From: Vampirovibrionales bacterium
Lineage (GTDB): Bacteria; Cyanobacteriota; Vampirovibrionia; Vampirovibrionales; Vampirovibrionaceae
Assembly (NCBI GenBank): GCA_035285165.1
Contig: JAYKHP010000018.1
Location: 145,486-209,485 of the forward strand
Length of the DNA stretch: 64,000 bases
Direction: 5' to 3'
Below the pieces are notes generated by a model, which saw nothing but the letters and a program-made list of their open reading frames with translations, had not been told where the DNA came from and ran no database searches. Position 1 is the stretch's first letter, and each line of letters opens with the position of its first letter. The position numbers and the translations under genes were made by a program. Positions 20,877 to 30,837 of the stretch are shown here, piece after piece.

Positions 20877-22484
20877 ATGAGCGTCTCTATTCAACCGTCC
20901 CAAACCCCAGTCCAAGCCTTCATTGAAAGCGCTTCAAAAGCACCGGTCTGGGTCTGGCCCATTCTCGGCCTTCTGCTTCCCCTGATCACCCATGGCCTTC
21001 TTCCTTTGCTCGGCGTTCGGGTTTTTCTTGAGGGCGTAACACCGGAGCTGCTGATGTTGTCAGGGGGCGCCCTTGTCCTTGGACTGCTCTACCTGTTTTA
21101 TTTCCAGTTCGTCGTCAAACATCCGATTGTGCTGGTCATCTACAGCACCTGCTTTCTGCGTTTCAGCATGTACCTCTGTGAGGTGGTTGAAAAAACCGGG
21201 CACCACATCCCGTTTAGAACGTTACTGGTTCCCATCCTGGTCATACCGGCTCTTTACTTTTTCCTCGTATACGGCTTTCGCATGATCAAAACCTACCCGT
21301 TCTTCAAATGGGTTCTGCTCTTTCTATGCCTGTACGGCTTTTATTACCTGTTCCATAATTACGATTTTGCCGACCCGACCGTCGCGCATAAAGGCGTCCT
21401 GGTAAGCATCGCGCAAGGTGCCTTTACCGATTACATCTATGGGTTTTCGGTTTTCGTCATCACCGGCAGCATGTTTTTGCAAAAAGGCGAAACGCCTGAG
21501 GGTTTAGAGCAACGCGTCAAACTTTTTGAACTTATTAACCGCTTTCTGATTATCGAAGGCACGATTGAAGCGTTGTGCGCCATTTTCGGTTATCCCTTCG
21601 GCGTCTTCACGATGATTGTTGAAGAATTCAAACGCTCGTCCGGCTTCCTGACCCACCCCAACGAATACGGCAAGGCCACCGGGATGATGCTAATTTATTT
21701 CATCGGTCTTTATTACTATTACATCAAGCGCCCCGGCGAAAACGTTGCGCTTGCCAACCTATTCAAGGTGCTCTTGCTGATTGCGATTTCCACCAACCTC
21801 ATCGCGTTCCTGCTGACCCTGTCCAAAAACGCGTTCGTGGGGTTTGGCGCGGCAGGCTTGGTGTATTTCATCGCCGCGATGTTTGACGACAAATTGAGAA
21901 AACATATGGTCGTGCCGCTTTGCGTTATGGCCGGCATGGTTGTCCTAGCGCTCTTAAGCTATCAGGTGGCTTCAGGCAAGGATCTGGTCACGTTGTTGAC
22001 GGAGCGTTTCAACGACACGCGCAGCCTTCAATGGCGAAACCGGGTTTGGAATTACCTCTTCGCCCAAATGAGACCCAGTTCGCTGTTGACAGGGTTCGGC
22101 CTGACGACGGGCAACATGGAAATGTATCGTTTCCAGTTTGAAGCCAATGTCGTCAGCGAAAAGCAAACCGTCTACGTCCACAATGCGCCACTTCAGTTCG
22201 TGTTTGAAATGGGCGTCTGGGGTCTTCTGATCTACGGCGGCATGGTGTCGGCATCATTCAACGCCATCAAAAGCTTCTTCAGCAGCAAGCTGAACCCGCT
22301 ATATTTGACGCCCGTCGCGCTTTCCCTCTTCATCTTCCTGGGCTCGCTTGTGGATGAATGTATCACCGAAATCGGCCTGAATATTTTGTTCTGGTTTATG
22401 TTGACGATGATTTTCAGCTTTACGCAGGCGCAAAAGAAATTGAATGACCTGAACTTGCGGAACAACCAGCCGCTTGTGGCTTAA
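20877..22484 (+). CDS. O-antigen ligase/polymerase family membrane protein (Wzy-like)
   Basis: At least 10 predicted TM helices and a large periplasmic loop, with Wzy_C-like architecture inside a Wzx/Wzy-type cluster. Confidence 0.6.
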   Translation: MSVSIQPSQTPVQAFIESASKAPVWVWPILGLLLPLITHGLLPLLGVRVFLEGVTPELLMLSGGALVLGLLYLFYFQFVVKHPIVLVIYSTCFLRFSMYLCEVVEKTGHHIPFRTLLVPILVIPALYFFLVYGFRMIKTYPFFKWVLLFLCLYGFYYLFHNYDFADPTVAHKGVLVSIAQGAFTDYIYGFSVFVITGSMFLQKGETPEGLEQRVKLFELINRFLIIEGTIEALCAIFGYPFGVFTMIVEEFKRSSGFLTHPNEYGKATGMMLIYFIGLYYYYIKRPGENVALANLFKVLLLIAISTNLIAFLLTLSKNAFVGFGAAGLVYFIAAMFDDKLRKHMVVPLCVMAGMVVLALLSYQVASGKDLVTLLTERFNDTRSLQWRNRVWNYLFAQMRPSSLLTGFGLTTGNMEMYRFQFEANVVSEKQTVYVHNAPLQFVFEMGVWGLLIYGGMVSASFNAIKSFFSSKLNPLYLTPVALSLFIFLGSLVDECITEIGLNILFWFMLTMIFSFTQAQKKLNDLNLRNNQPLVA

Positions 22485-22500
22485 AGAGGCAGGTTTCAGG

Positions 22501-24105
22501 ATGCAAGAGCAAAGCAGCAACGCCAAAAAAAGCAATATGGGCAGGCGCTTTTTTTTAGGCGCCACCACGGGGGTGATTGGTCTTGGCATCAAGACGCTGC
22601 TGAATATCATCGTCTACCCCTACATACTGCAAACACTGGGGGTCGAGCAATACGGCCTTTACGTGCTGCTCTTGAATATCGCGGATCTCATCATTCTGAT
22701 GGATCTGGGCCTGACCAGCGGTATTATTCAGCGTCTAAGCACTTTCAAGGCTGCACAGGAGAATAACCCCGACTGCGCAGTCTCCAGGCAAGCCACCCAC
22801 CAGTTACTCTCCACCGGTCTGGTGCTATATGCCGTCCTTGCCATTCTTTCTTTCCTGATTGCCTTTAGCCTCGTCCCGCTAGTACCAAATTTCTTTAATT
22901 TGAACGCGGAACTTTCGGCAATTGCAAGTTTCACCCTATACATCGTCCTATTGGAAAGCGCGTTAACGCTTTTTCAGGGCTACTTCGCCTCAGTTCTGAT
23001 GTCGCATAACTTACACCAGTGGGTCAATACCGGCGAATCGCTTTATTTCATCACCGCCAACGGCTGTATTTTTATCCTGCTGCATATGGGTTACGGGCTT
23101 CGCGAAATCGCCCTGCTGCGCCTGGGCGCCGCAACCATTAAATTTCTACTGGTGTTTTCCCACGCGGTTCGTCATGAGCCGGATTGCATCAAGCCCACCT
23201 ATTTTAATTTTCATAAAGCGATCGATCTCTTAAAAGTCAGTGTCCATGCAATGATCCGAACCGTCAGCGATATTTTCGCCAACCGGATGGATCTGATTAT
23301 TATCGGCAGAATGCTGTCACTGCGAGATGTCGCAACGCTTGAATTCGTCTACCGCTTTTTCAACATCATCCTGCAAATTCCAACCCAAATTACGCTGGGC
23401 ATATTCCCCGTGTTTACCCGAATGATTGCCCTAGGCAACCATACACAGGCAAGGCTGGTATTCCTAAGACTCAGTTGCTTCCTGCAGGTCATCGTCAGCA
23501 TCCTGATCGCCGTTCTCTGCATTTTTTACCCCGAAATTTTCAAATTCTTCTCAGGCGGTCGAATCGACTACCAGGCCACCATCCCGCTCCTTATCCTGGC
23601 CATTCCTGGCGTGATCAGCACGGCGGTTTATCTCCCGGCCAGCCACTATCTCTTTGCCGCCGGGCGCTTCAAGCTGATTAGCGGCGGCAGTGTTTTTATC
23701 GCTATTCTGAAAGTTGTCCTCGTGCTGATGCTCATCAAGCCAATGGGCTTACTGGGCGTCGTGCTTTCAACCTTCATTATCGATATAATCTACCACCAGA
23801 TTCTGTTAATTCGCCAAAGCTGCAAGGATTTATCCATCGGCTTCTGGGAATATAGCAAGGATGTCCATCTGATCAATATTCCCGTCTTGCTGGCTGCCAC
23901 GGCTGCCATTTACGGACTAAAGCAGGCGTTTGCCTTGATGAGCCTGCATCCCATGTTGCAAGCCGTTCTTGCAACCTTTATCATGCTGCCAGCCGCCATG
24001 ATCGCCTGGTTTCTGATGAGCGCAACGCAGGAAGAAAAAGCAATCTGCCAGACGGCTCTCAGCCGGGTTCTACTTCACAGGCCAGGCCGGGTTCGCTCCG
24101 TTTGA
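22501..24105 (+). CDS. wzx: oligosaccharide flippase (Wzx / polysaccharide biosynthesis protein, MOP superfamily)
   Basis: Polytopic protein with about 14 TM helices and a PST/MOP-like N-terminus. The start at 22501 avoids overlap with the upstream stop. Confidence 0.7.
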   Translation: MQEQSSNAKKSNMGRRFFLGATTGVIGLGIKTLLNIIVYPYILQTLGVEQYGLYVLLLNIADLIILMDLGLTSGIIQRLSTFKAAQENNPDCAVSRQATHQLLSTGLVLYAVLAILSFLIAFSLVPLVPNFFNLNAELSAIASFTLYIVLLESALTLFQGYFASVLMSHNLHQWVNTGESLYFITANGCIFILLHMGYGLREIALLRLGAATIKFLLVFSHAVRHEPDCIKPTYFNFHKAIDLLKVSVHAMIRTVSDIFANRMDLIIIGRMLSLRDVATLEFVYRFFNIILQIPTQITLGIFPVFTRMIALGNHTQARLVFLRLSCFLQVIVSILIAVLCIFYPEIFKFFSGGRIDYQATIPLLILAIPGVISTAVYLPASHYLFAAGRFKLISGGSVFIAILKVVLVLMLIKPMGLLGVVLSTFIIDIIYHQILLIRQSCKDLSIGFWEYSKDVHLINIPVLLAATAAIYGLKQAFALMSLHPMLQAVLATFIMLPAAMIAWFLMSATQEEKAICQTALSRVLLHRPGRVRSV

Positions 24106-24262
24106 CGTCAGGTTAACGCGGCGAAAAACTTAAAAACTTAATCAACTGTTTCATCAACTCGCTACCTTCAGCGCTCTTGTAATCAATAGCAGTTCTTAAA
24201 AAATAACCCTTAACCACCTCTCCTGTCCCCTAACCCTTAACCCTTTTTGATGAGATGACGCC

Positions 24263-24949
24263 ATGTCCAGATTAAAAAAACTTGCAATCACTAAAGACAA
24301 CTCCTTGAAGCAAGTCTATGAAAAAGTGAACAAGATGCTCCGGCTTGAAATTGACTGCATTCTAACGGCAACGGTTCTTCGTTTCACAAATTTTTTGGGC
24401 GGCTCTCCGCTGATAAACCACGTTGTGAGGCCCGCCATTTTTCGTGCCTACGGCTTTCGCTTTGGAAAAAAATGCTGCTTTTATCCGGGCATGAGCATTT
24501 ATTGCAAACAGGATGAAATCACCATTGGCGATCAAACCTACATTAACGAAAACTGCTTTTTTGACGCGACTGGCCCGATTACCATCGCCAACAATTGCGA
24601 AATCGGGTTTAACGTCACCTTTATCACCTCAGGCCATACACTGCAAAGCGATTTCAAGCAGACGCGGCCTTGCCAGCCAATGCCTATTGTAATGGAGCAA
24701 TACGCCTGGATTGGGGCAGGCGCCACGATTATGCCGGGTGTTACGATTGGCGAAGGCGCCGTTGTAGCAGCAGGCGCCATTGTCACCAAGAGCGTACCTC
24801 CCCATACCCTGGTGGGGGGCATTCCCGCCAAGGTCATGCGTATTTTGCGCGACGTGCCCGTTGAAACGTCTGGCGAAGCCAAAGAAACCGAAAGCAGCAG
24901 TATTACTGCAAAAATCGAAACCCTTCCTAACACCCAGAAAGTCTCCTAA
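24263..24949 (+). CDS. sugar O-acetyltransferase (left-handed beta-helix / hexapeptide repeat, maltose/galactoside acetyltransferase-like)
   Basis: IGDQTYINENCFFDATGPITIANNCEIGFNVTFITSGH...WIGAGATIMPGVTIGEGAVVAAGAIVTKSVPPHTLVGGIPAKVMR. Confidence 0.75.
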   Translation: MSRLKKLAITKDNSLKQVYEKVNKMLRLEIDCILTATVLRFTNFLGGSPLINHVVRPAIFRAYGFRFGKKCCFYPGMSIYCKQDEITIGDQTYINENCFFDATGPITIANNCEIGFNVTFITSGHTLQSDFKQTRPCQPMPIVMEQYAWIGAGATIMPGVTIGEGAVVAAGAIVTKSVPPHTLVGGIPAKVMRILRDVPVETSGEAKETESSSITAKIETLPNTQKVS

Positions 24950-24960
24950 AAGCGAGTCCC

Positions 24961-26316
24961 ATGTCTCCAACGATCGAACAACGGCGAAAGCTGAAAATAC
25001 TGCATTTTATGCCCGAGAATTTCGTCTGGGGCGGGATTGAGACGTACCTCAACCTGATGCTGCCCAGGCTTGCAAAAAACCAAGAATACGACATCACGGC
25101 GGTGGTCACCAAGGACGGGCAGCTCTATGAGAATCTCAAAGCCGCAGGCGTAAAAGTCCACGGTCTAAGCTTTCCTTTCAAAAAACGCTCGCTGTTTCGC
25201 TCGGCCTGGGTTAACCCGTTTGGCAGACTGATCGACCTGTCGGTTTACATGCGCCTGATTCCTTTTCTGAAAAAAGAAAAGCCGGATCTTATCCACATCC
25301 ATAACGGCATGATTGAACAATCCCTGATCGCCCTTGCGGGCTTTCCAATGGTGATGACCTACCATGGCTATGGCGGCATCTTTAACATTGAGGGAGCGCC
25401 CACACCGCTTTATAAAAAAATCAACACGTTCCTGCGGCCGCTGGTGGCCGGGGCCTTTCCGTTTCTCAGCGGCATGCTGGTGGTCAGTGATTACGAGCGC
25501 CGTCGCCTGTATCGTGAACAGTACCTGGCAAAGGATTTTAATGCCGAGGTACTGTATAACGGTATCCCCACCGAAGAGCTGACGGCGCGGGCTGATAAAA
25601 CCGACCGCCTTAAAATCCGCCGCGAAGTCTTCGGGCTTTCGCAAGAGGCTGCGGAAAACACCCGCATCGTTTCCTACAGTTGCAGGCTTACGCAAGAAAG
25701 AAACCCGTTGGCGGTTCTTCGCATCGCTAAAAAAGTACTGCAGAACCAGCGGTTGAACAAGCCTGTTTATTTTGTGGTTGCCGGTGAAGGGAAAATGGCC
25801 GGGGAATTTGAACATGCCTTTACCCATGACCCGGTTTTAGCCTCCAACGGACGCTATCTTGGTTTCAGAAACGACATTCCCGAAATCATCACGGCAAGCG
25901 ATCTGACTATCAATACCTCCCCCCAGGAGGGCTTTGGCCTTCGCGTACTGGAGTCGCTCATCTTTGGACGCCCGTGCATCACCTATGCCACCGGTGGGAT
26001 TCCAGAGGTGATGGACTTGCCGCTTGCACAAAGCTGGCTTATCCCGCTTCATGAAGAAGACGCCTTTGCCGAGCGCGTGGTGGACATTCTCAACATGAGC
26101 GATGACAACCTTCAAGCGCTTGCTCCCGTTCTGCAAACACATGGCAAGGGCTTTGACATCTCAACCCATATCGAGCGCCTGCTTGGTTTTTACGGTCGAA
26201 CATTCCAGAAGCTTGGCCTTGAAGCGGAAAAACCTGCTGAGCAGCCTACTGAAAAAACCACTGAAATATCGACACCGCCACTACCCGCAATCAAACCTCC
26301 AGTTTCTATTTCCTGA
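24961..26316 (+). CDS. GT4-family glycosyltransferase, paralog 1
   Basis: GT-B fold with a retaining-GT4 E-x7-E-like C-terminal half (EGFGLRVLESLIFGRPCITYATGGIPEV). Clearly paralogous to the next two genes. Confidence 0.8.
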   Translation: MSPTIEQRRKLKILHFMPENFVWGGIETYLNLMLPRLAKNQEYDITAVVTKDGQLYENLKAAGVKVHGLSFPFKKRSLFRSAWVNPFGRLIDLSVYMRLIPFLKKEKPDLIHIHNGMIEQSLIALAGFPMVMTYHGYGGIFNIEGAPTPLYKKINTFLRPLVAGAFPFLSGMLVVSDYERRRLYREQYLAKDFNAEVLYNGIPTEELTARADKTDRLKIRREVFGLSQEAAENTRIVSYSCRLTQERNPLAVLRIAKKVLQNQRLNKPVYFVVAGEGKMAGEFEHAFTHDPVLASNGRYLGFRNDIPEIITASDLTINTSPQEGFGLRVLESLIFGRPCITYATGGIPEVMDLPLAQSWLIPLHEEDAFAERVVDILNMSDDNLQALAPVLQTHGKGFDISTHIERLLGFYGRTFQKLGLEAEKPAEQPTEKTTEISTPPLPAIKPPVSIS

Positions 26317-26332
26317 GCGTTTACCAAGGATA

Positions 26333-27625
26333 ATGATGCATAAAATCCTGCACTTTTTACCGGACAACCATGTTTGGGGAGGTATTGAGACCTACCTCAA
26401 CCATACGCTGCCGCTATTGCAAGCGGGCGGACGCTACGAGGTCGTGGCGGCTGTCAGTAAAGGAGGAAAACTTGCGGCTGCCCTGAAGGCACAAGGTATT
26501 GCGGTGCGGGAAATACCGCTGCATATCAAGACGCCTTTTCTTCGCCTGCTGGATATTCGTCCGATGCTCGGACTGATGAAAATCCTCAAGGAAGAATCGC
26601 CCGATCTGGTTCACATTCACAAGGGACGTGTCGAGCAAGCGGTCATCCGCCTGGCGGGCTACCCTATCGTCTATACTTATCACGGCTACGGCGGCCCCAA
26701 CAATCTGGAAAACGCCCCAAACGCGCTTCTTAGAAACATATACGCCTGTACAAGGCCATTACTGATGGCGCTGGCCCCTTACCTGAGCGGCATGATCATC
26801 GTCAGCCACTATGAGCGCCAGCGGCTTTACCGCGAAGGTTTTCTGCCCAGGCCTTTCCACGCGGAGGTCCTTCATAACGGCTTACCGATTAAAAAAATGC
26901 AGAACACCGTCAAAGACGTGGACGGATTAAGCGTGCGGGAGGAGCTGGGACTTTTGCCGGAACAAGCCAGGAATACCCGGATTGTATTCTTCGCCTCGCG
27001 TTTAAATCCAGCCAAAAACGCCGCGGCGTTTTTACGCATCGCAAAAATGGTGCTGAAAAATCCAGCGCTGAAAAAACCCGTTTATTTCGTTGTTGCCGGT
27101 AACGGTGTTCTGGCGGAGCGCTTTCAAAACGTTTTCTCGCAAGACCCCTTGCTTTCAAAGCATGGCTGCTATCTGGGGTTTCGCCAGGATATTCCCAGAT
27201 TACTCAAGGCGGCTGATCTCAGTGTCAGCCTCTCTTTAAGCGAGGGCTTCGGCTTGATGGTTCTGGAGTCCATGCTGCTAGGTAAACCTTGCCTGACTTA
27301 TGCCGCTGGCGGTATTCCTGAAGTGATGGGACTGTCAGAAGCCAAGGATTGGCTGATTCCCCTTGGGGATGAAACCCGCTTCGCCGAGCAACTGGTGGAG
27401 ATGATCAATTTACCAGACTCGGCGTTTGAAAAATTATCCCCTATTTTGAAAGAACATAGCAAACGCTTTGATATCTCGCGCCATGTGGCAGGGTTAACGG
27501 ATTTTTATGATCGCACGTTAATCAAATTAGGCGATGCGCTTCCTGAAGCCTGGCAAAACAAAGTGCAAGAACCCAGTAAATCTTCCCCGACAGAAACCAA
27601 GCGTGTTGTAAACACTGCTCGATAA
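26333..27625 (+). CDS. GT4-family glycosyltransferase, paralog 2
   Basis: MMHKILHFLPDNHVWGGIETYLNHTLP...EGFGLMVLESMLLGKPCLTYAAGGIPEV. AAGGA SD before the ATG at 26333. The track's 26102 start overlaps the upstream gene and is rejected. Confidence 0.8.
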   Translation: MMHKILHFLPDNHVWGGIETYLNHTLPLLQAGGRYEVVAAVSKGGKLAAALKAQGIAVREIPLHIKTPFLRLLDIRPMLGLMKILKEESPDLVHIHKGRVEQAVIRLAGYPIVYTYHGYGGPNNLENAPNALLRNIYACTRPLLMALAPYLSGMIIVSHYERQRLYREGFLPRPFHAEVLHNGLPIKKMQNTVKDVDGLSVREELGLLPEQARNTRIVFFASRLNPAKNAAAFLRIAKMVLKNPALKKPVYFVVAGNGVLAERFQNVFSQDPLLSKHGCYLGFRQDIPRLLKAADLSVSLSLSEGFGLMVLESMLLGKPCLTYAAGGIPEVMGLSEAKDWLIPLGDETRFAEQLVEMINLPDSAFEKLSPILKEHSKRFDISRHVAGLTDFYDRTLIKLGDALPEAWQNKVQEPSKSSPTETKRVVNTAR

Positions 27626-27693
27626 TCAAGAATTTGACATTTTGATATAAAAAATCATCAATAGTATATAGGGAAAATATAAAAATGAGTAAA

Positions 27694-27736
27694 AACCTGG
27701 AATTCCCCATAGCAGGGGATTTTCAGGTTTTTTTAA
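27694..27736 (+). terminator. rho-independent terminator between GT4 paralogs 2 and 3
   Basis: AACCTGGAATTCCCC / GGGGATTTTCAGGTT hairpin (13 of 15 pairs) followed by TTTTTTTAATTT. Confidence 0.55.
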
Positions 27737-27737
27737 T

Positions 27738-27768
27738 TTGCACCAAAAATCAAGTTGTCGGGTATAAT
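27738..27768 (+). promoter_or_regulatory. candidate sigma70-type promoter for GT4 paralog 3 (-35 TTGCAC, 19-nt spacer, -10 TATAAT)
   Basis: Perfect TATAAT at 27763-27768 with a TTGCAC -35-like hexamer, in the AT-rich 280-bp gap upstream of the 27903 start. Confidence 0.4.
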
Positions 27769-27902
27769 CGGATCAATTAAGTTTTTTTTGTTTCATATTT
27801 CTGAGTCAGTCTCCCTCACAAAAAATATCGAGCAGGTTTTCAAATTGCCGTTGAGTGACGGTGATTTTTTCATAGCATTTTGTGCATGAAAGTTTTTGCT
27901 TC

Positions 27903-29153
27903 ATGAAGAAGATTCTTCACTTTCTCCCAGACAACCTGGCATGGGGTGGTATTGAAACGTATCTCCACCATACCCTGCCCCTTGTCAGGCAGCGCCGTCA
28001 TTACGAGGTAATTGCGGCTGTCAGCACCGGTGGCAAATTAGCGCAAAAGCTCCGCGAAGCGGGCGTCAAGGTTCGGGAACTGCCGCTCCATCTGCATACC
28101 CCCATTTTGCGGACGCTTGATTTTCGCGTCCTGTTTTCTTTACTGGCCATTTTACAGGAAGAAAAGCCGGATCTGGTTCACATTCACAAAGGGCGCGTCG
28201 AACAGGCCATCATAAAGCTGGCAGGTTTCCCACTGGTTTACACTTATCATGGCTATGGCGGCCCCAATAACCTGGAAACCGCTCCCAATCATTTTCTGCG
28301 CAACGTTTATGCGGCGACGCGTCCTCTTCTTCGCTCGCTTACACCTTTCCTCAGCGGGATGATCATCGTCAGCGATTATGAACGCAAGCGTCTTTACCGA
28401 GAGGGATACCTTGCAAAACCATTCGAGGCGCAGGTCATTCATAATGGCCTGCCCATTGAAGCGATGCGCGAACAGGCAAACGATTCTGAGCGCGGGAAAA
28501 TCCGTCAGGAGCTTGGACTCTCGATACAAGCAAGTCCCACATCCCGCCTGCTTCTTTTCGCCTGCAGGCTAAGCCCCGATAAAAACGCAGACGCTTTTTT
28601 ACGCATCGCAAAACGGGTCCTCTCTCATCCAAATTTGAAACGACCGGCTTACTTTGTGGCGGCAGGTAACGGCGCGTATGCCGAGCTTTTTGAGCGGGAA
28701 TTCGCCCACGATCCGCTGCTTTTGGCCAATGGCTGCTACCTGGGGTTTCGTCCCGACGTTCAGCGATTATTGAACGCTTGTGATTTCACCATCAGTACCT
28801 CGTTACAGGAAGGTTTCGGATTGCGGGTGCTTGAATCAATGGCCTTGGGCAAACCGACGCTCACCTATGCCGCAGGTGGGATTCCTGAGGTGATGGATTT
28901 TGTGGAGGCAAAAGACTGGCTGGTGCCTCTGGGAGATGAAAACGCTTTTGTTGAACAGCTTGTTCAGGCCGTTAATTTACCCGATGACGCGCTGGCCGCC
29001 CTTTCCCCCATCCTCAGAGCAGAAGCCGAGCGCTTTGACATCGAAAAACACGTCAATCAGCTTGAGCTTTTCTATCAGCAGACGCTGAGTCATCACCCTC
29101 ATCAGGCCACTGCCCCCAGTGGAAGCGGACATAGCACCCAGCAACTGACATAA
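27903..29153 (+). CDS. GT4-family glycosyltransferase, paralog 3
   Basis: MKKILHFLPDNLAWGGIETYLHHTLP...DLVHIHKGRVEQAIIKLAGFPLVYTYHGYGGPNNLE is near-identical in blocks to paralog 2. Confidence 0.8.
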   Translation: MKKILHFLPDNLAWGGIETYLHHTLPLVRQRRHYEVIAAVSTGGKLAQKLREAGVKVRELPLHLHTPILRTLDFRVLFSLLAILQEEKPDLVHIHKGRVEQAIIKLAGFPLVYTYHGYGGPNNLETAPNHFLRNVYAATRPLLRSLTPFLSGMIIVSDYERKRLYREGYLAKPFEAQVIHNGLPIEAMREQANDSERGKIRQELGLSIQASPTSRLLLFACRLSPDKNADAFLRIAKRVLSHPNLKRPAYFVAAGNGAYAELFEREFAHDPLLLANGCYLGFRPDVQRLLNACDFTISTSLQEGFGLRVLESMALGKPTLTYAAGGIPEVMDFVEAKDWLVPLGDENAFVEQLVQAVNLPDDALAALSPILRAEAERFDIEKHVNQLELFYQQTLSHHPHQATAPSGSGHSTQQLT

Positions 29154-29178
29154 GCCGACTTATTAATTACCCCTAACC

Positions 29179-30507
29179 CTAAGGGGACAACACAACGCGA
29201 TAAGCTTCCTGTGGTTTTATACCGGAGATGCTCAGCAATGCGCTGCCTCCTGAAACCTTGAGCGTCTGTGTTGACATTAACGCTGGGGTTTTCAGGACTT
29301 TTTCCCCGGTAGCGGGAATCCGATAAGTACTGGCCTTCAGCGTAGCCGTTTTAATGCCAAGCGTTGCAAGATTCTGCAGGGTGATTTTGGCCGTTGTCTT
29401 ACTGGCAGCGGTTTTACCGATATAACTGATCAAAAGCTGTTTCGGTGCTTTGCTGGCCATCAGCACCAGATTTTTATTGGCGCTTGTCGTTTTAACCCGA
29501 CTGTCGATGCCAGCGGCGTAATAATTATAAACCCACCATGCGGCCCTTGGCTGCTTGGTTTTGTAATGGATAATCCCATCCAGCGTGCCGTTGAAACAGT
29601 TCTGCGTTTTATCCGAAGCATCCCAGCAGGCTTTGTTGGCGCCATCGGCCCCGCCGTCTTCAAGATAATACAAATAACCCAGAATCGCCCCGGGAATGTA
29701 CTGGTTTTTTTCGCCAACGACTTCGTTAATGAGGATTTTTGAAATTTTCAGGCTCGGGTAAGACGCCATCTGCCTGCGCATGTATTTCAAATGTTCCGAA
29801 ACACTGGGGATATTATCTTCCGGGCCCCACAGTTCATGCCAGCTTAAAAAATTGACCTGCAAGCCGTTCTGTTTGCAATAATTCAAGAAGGCCAGCAAGT
29901 CCGCCTGCTCGTAGTTGGCAAGGCTTGGCCCGCCAATGACGGCACTAGCGCCAAGTTCCTGCCTGAGAATGGCATAGGCCCGCTTGTAGGTTTCAAAAAA
30001 CTGAGCCTGGGTTCCGTTCCAGAAAGTTTCCCGGTTCCACTCCCGCTCATCGGGCTCGTTCCAGACATCCCAGTATACCGGTAGCCCTTTGTATGCGCGG
30101 GCGGTTGTCCGCACGTAATTTTCCCAGGCCTGCCAATTGTTCTCCCAAGGCGGCCCATGACCTTTCCAGTTATCCATTGGATATCCATAACCGTCGCTGA
30201 GAACCACCTGAACATTGGCTCCAAGCGATCTGGCCTGAGTGTAAATCCCCATATTTCCCGGTTCAATCCGCCACCAGACTGGCTTGAGCGGGGTCAGGAG
30301 CGACTGGGGTAGCGGATAGTCAAGACTATGCAGAAAGCCGCTCATGGAAGGCGGCTTGATGGGGCTGGCAAAATCAACGCTGCCCGAAAGGGAGGCCGTT
30401 TGGGCATCCGCCTGCCTGAGCAGCTTGTCGGGCGTCAACAGCCAAACGGCCAAAAGGATGCCAGTTGCCGTTAAGGCAAGGGTCAGCAACGTGAGAAAAC
30501 GACGCAT
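29179..30507 (-). CDS. secreted clan GH-A glycoside hydrolase (GH39/GH5-like; PslG-like EPS hydrolase candidate)
   Basis: Signal/TM MRRFLTLLTLALTATGILLAVWLL. WDVWNEPD (NEP acid/base motif) and a downstream SWHELWG candidate nucleophile region. The start is taken at the internal ATG preceding the signal peptide. Confidence 0.6.
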   Translation of the reverse strand: MRRFLTLLTLALTATGILLAVWLLTPDKLLRQADAQTASLSGSVDFASPIKPPSMSGFLHSLDYPLPQSLLTPLKPVWWRIEPGNMGIYTQARSLGANVQVVLSDGYGYPMDNWKGHGPPWENNWQAWENYVRTTARAYKGLPVYWDVWNEPDEREWNRETFWNGTQAQFFETYKRAYAILRQELGASAVIGGPSLANYEQADLLAFLNYCKQNGLQVNFLSWHELWGPEDNIPSVSEHLKYMRRQMASYPSLKISKILINEVVGEKNQYIPGAILGYLYYLEDGGADGANKACWDASDKTQNCFNGTLDGIIHYKTKQPRAAWWVYNYYAAGIDSRVKTTSANKNLVLMASKAPKQLLISYIGKTAASKTTAKITLQNLATLGIKTATLKASTYRIPATGEKVLKTPALMSTQTLKVSGGSALLSISGIKPQEAYRVVLSP

Positions 30508-30837
30508 CGGGCTCTTTCCAAAGGTTTGATAATGGATACATCTTGTGGATATATGAATAAAATCCAAAAATCTCAAGATTTGACTGGAATTAAATCAATT
30601 AAAAAAATGGCAATTGGCCTTCTTCAGCAGGCTTAACTTATTATATGCTAGATGGGCTAGGGCGTACATTAACCAGTGCCCCATATCACGTATTTGGCAC
30701 GTTCAGCCCCAAGTGCGCTAAAATGCCATAACACAATAGATTCAGCGTTTCCTCTCTATATAAATCCATTCTATATAAATCCATATAAAATAGATATCCT
30801 TACGGATACTCAACCATATCAAAGGATTTTTCATTCC

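Noticed and set aside
26102-26332. Upstream extension of GT4 paralog 2 starting at 26102 (ORF-track start)
   Set aside because: It would overlap the 3' end of GT4 paralog 1 by about 215 nt in another frame. The conserved paralog N-terminus (MMHKILHF) starts at 26333 with an SD.
27634-27668. TTGACA hexamer at 27634-27639 as a -35 for GT4 paralog 3
   Set aside because: There is no acceptable -10 at 16-19-nt spacing (TATAAA is only 6 nt away, TAGTAT is 23 nt away), and it lies upstream of the terminator hairpin. The 27738-27768 candidate downstream of the terminator is more plausible.
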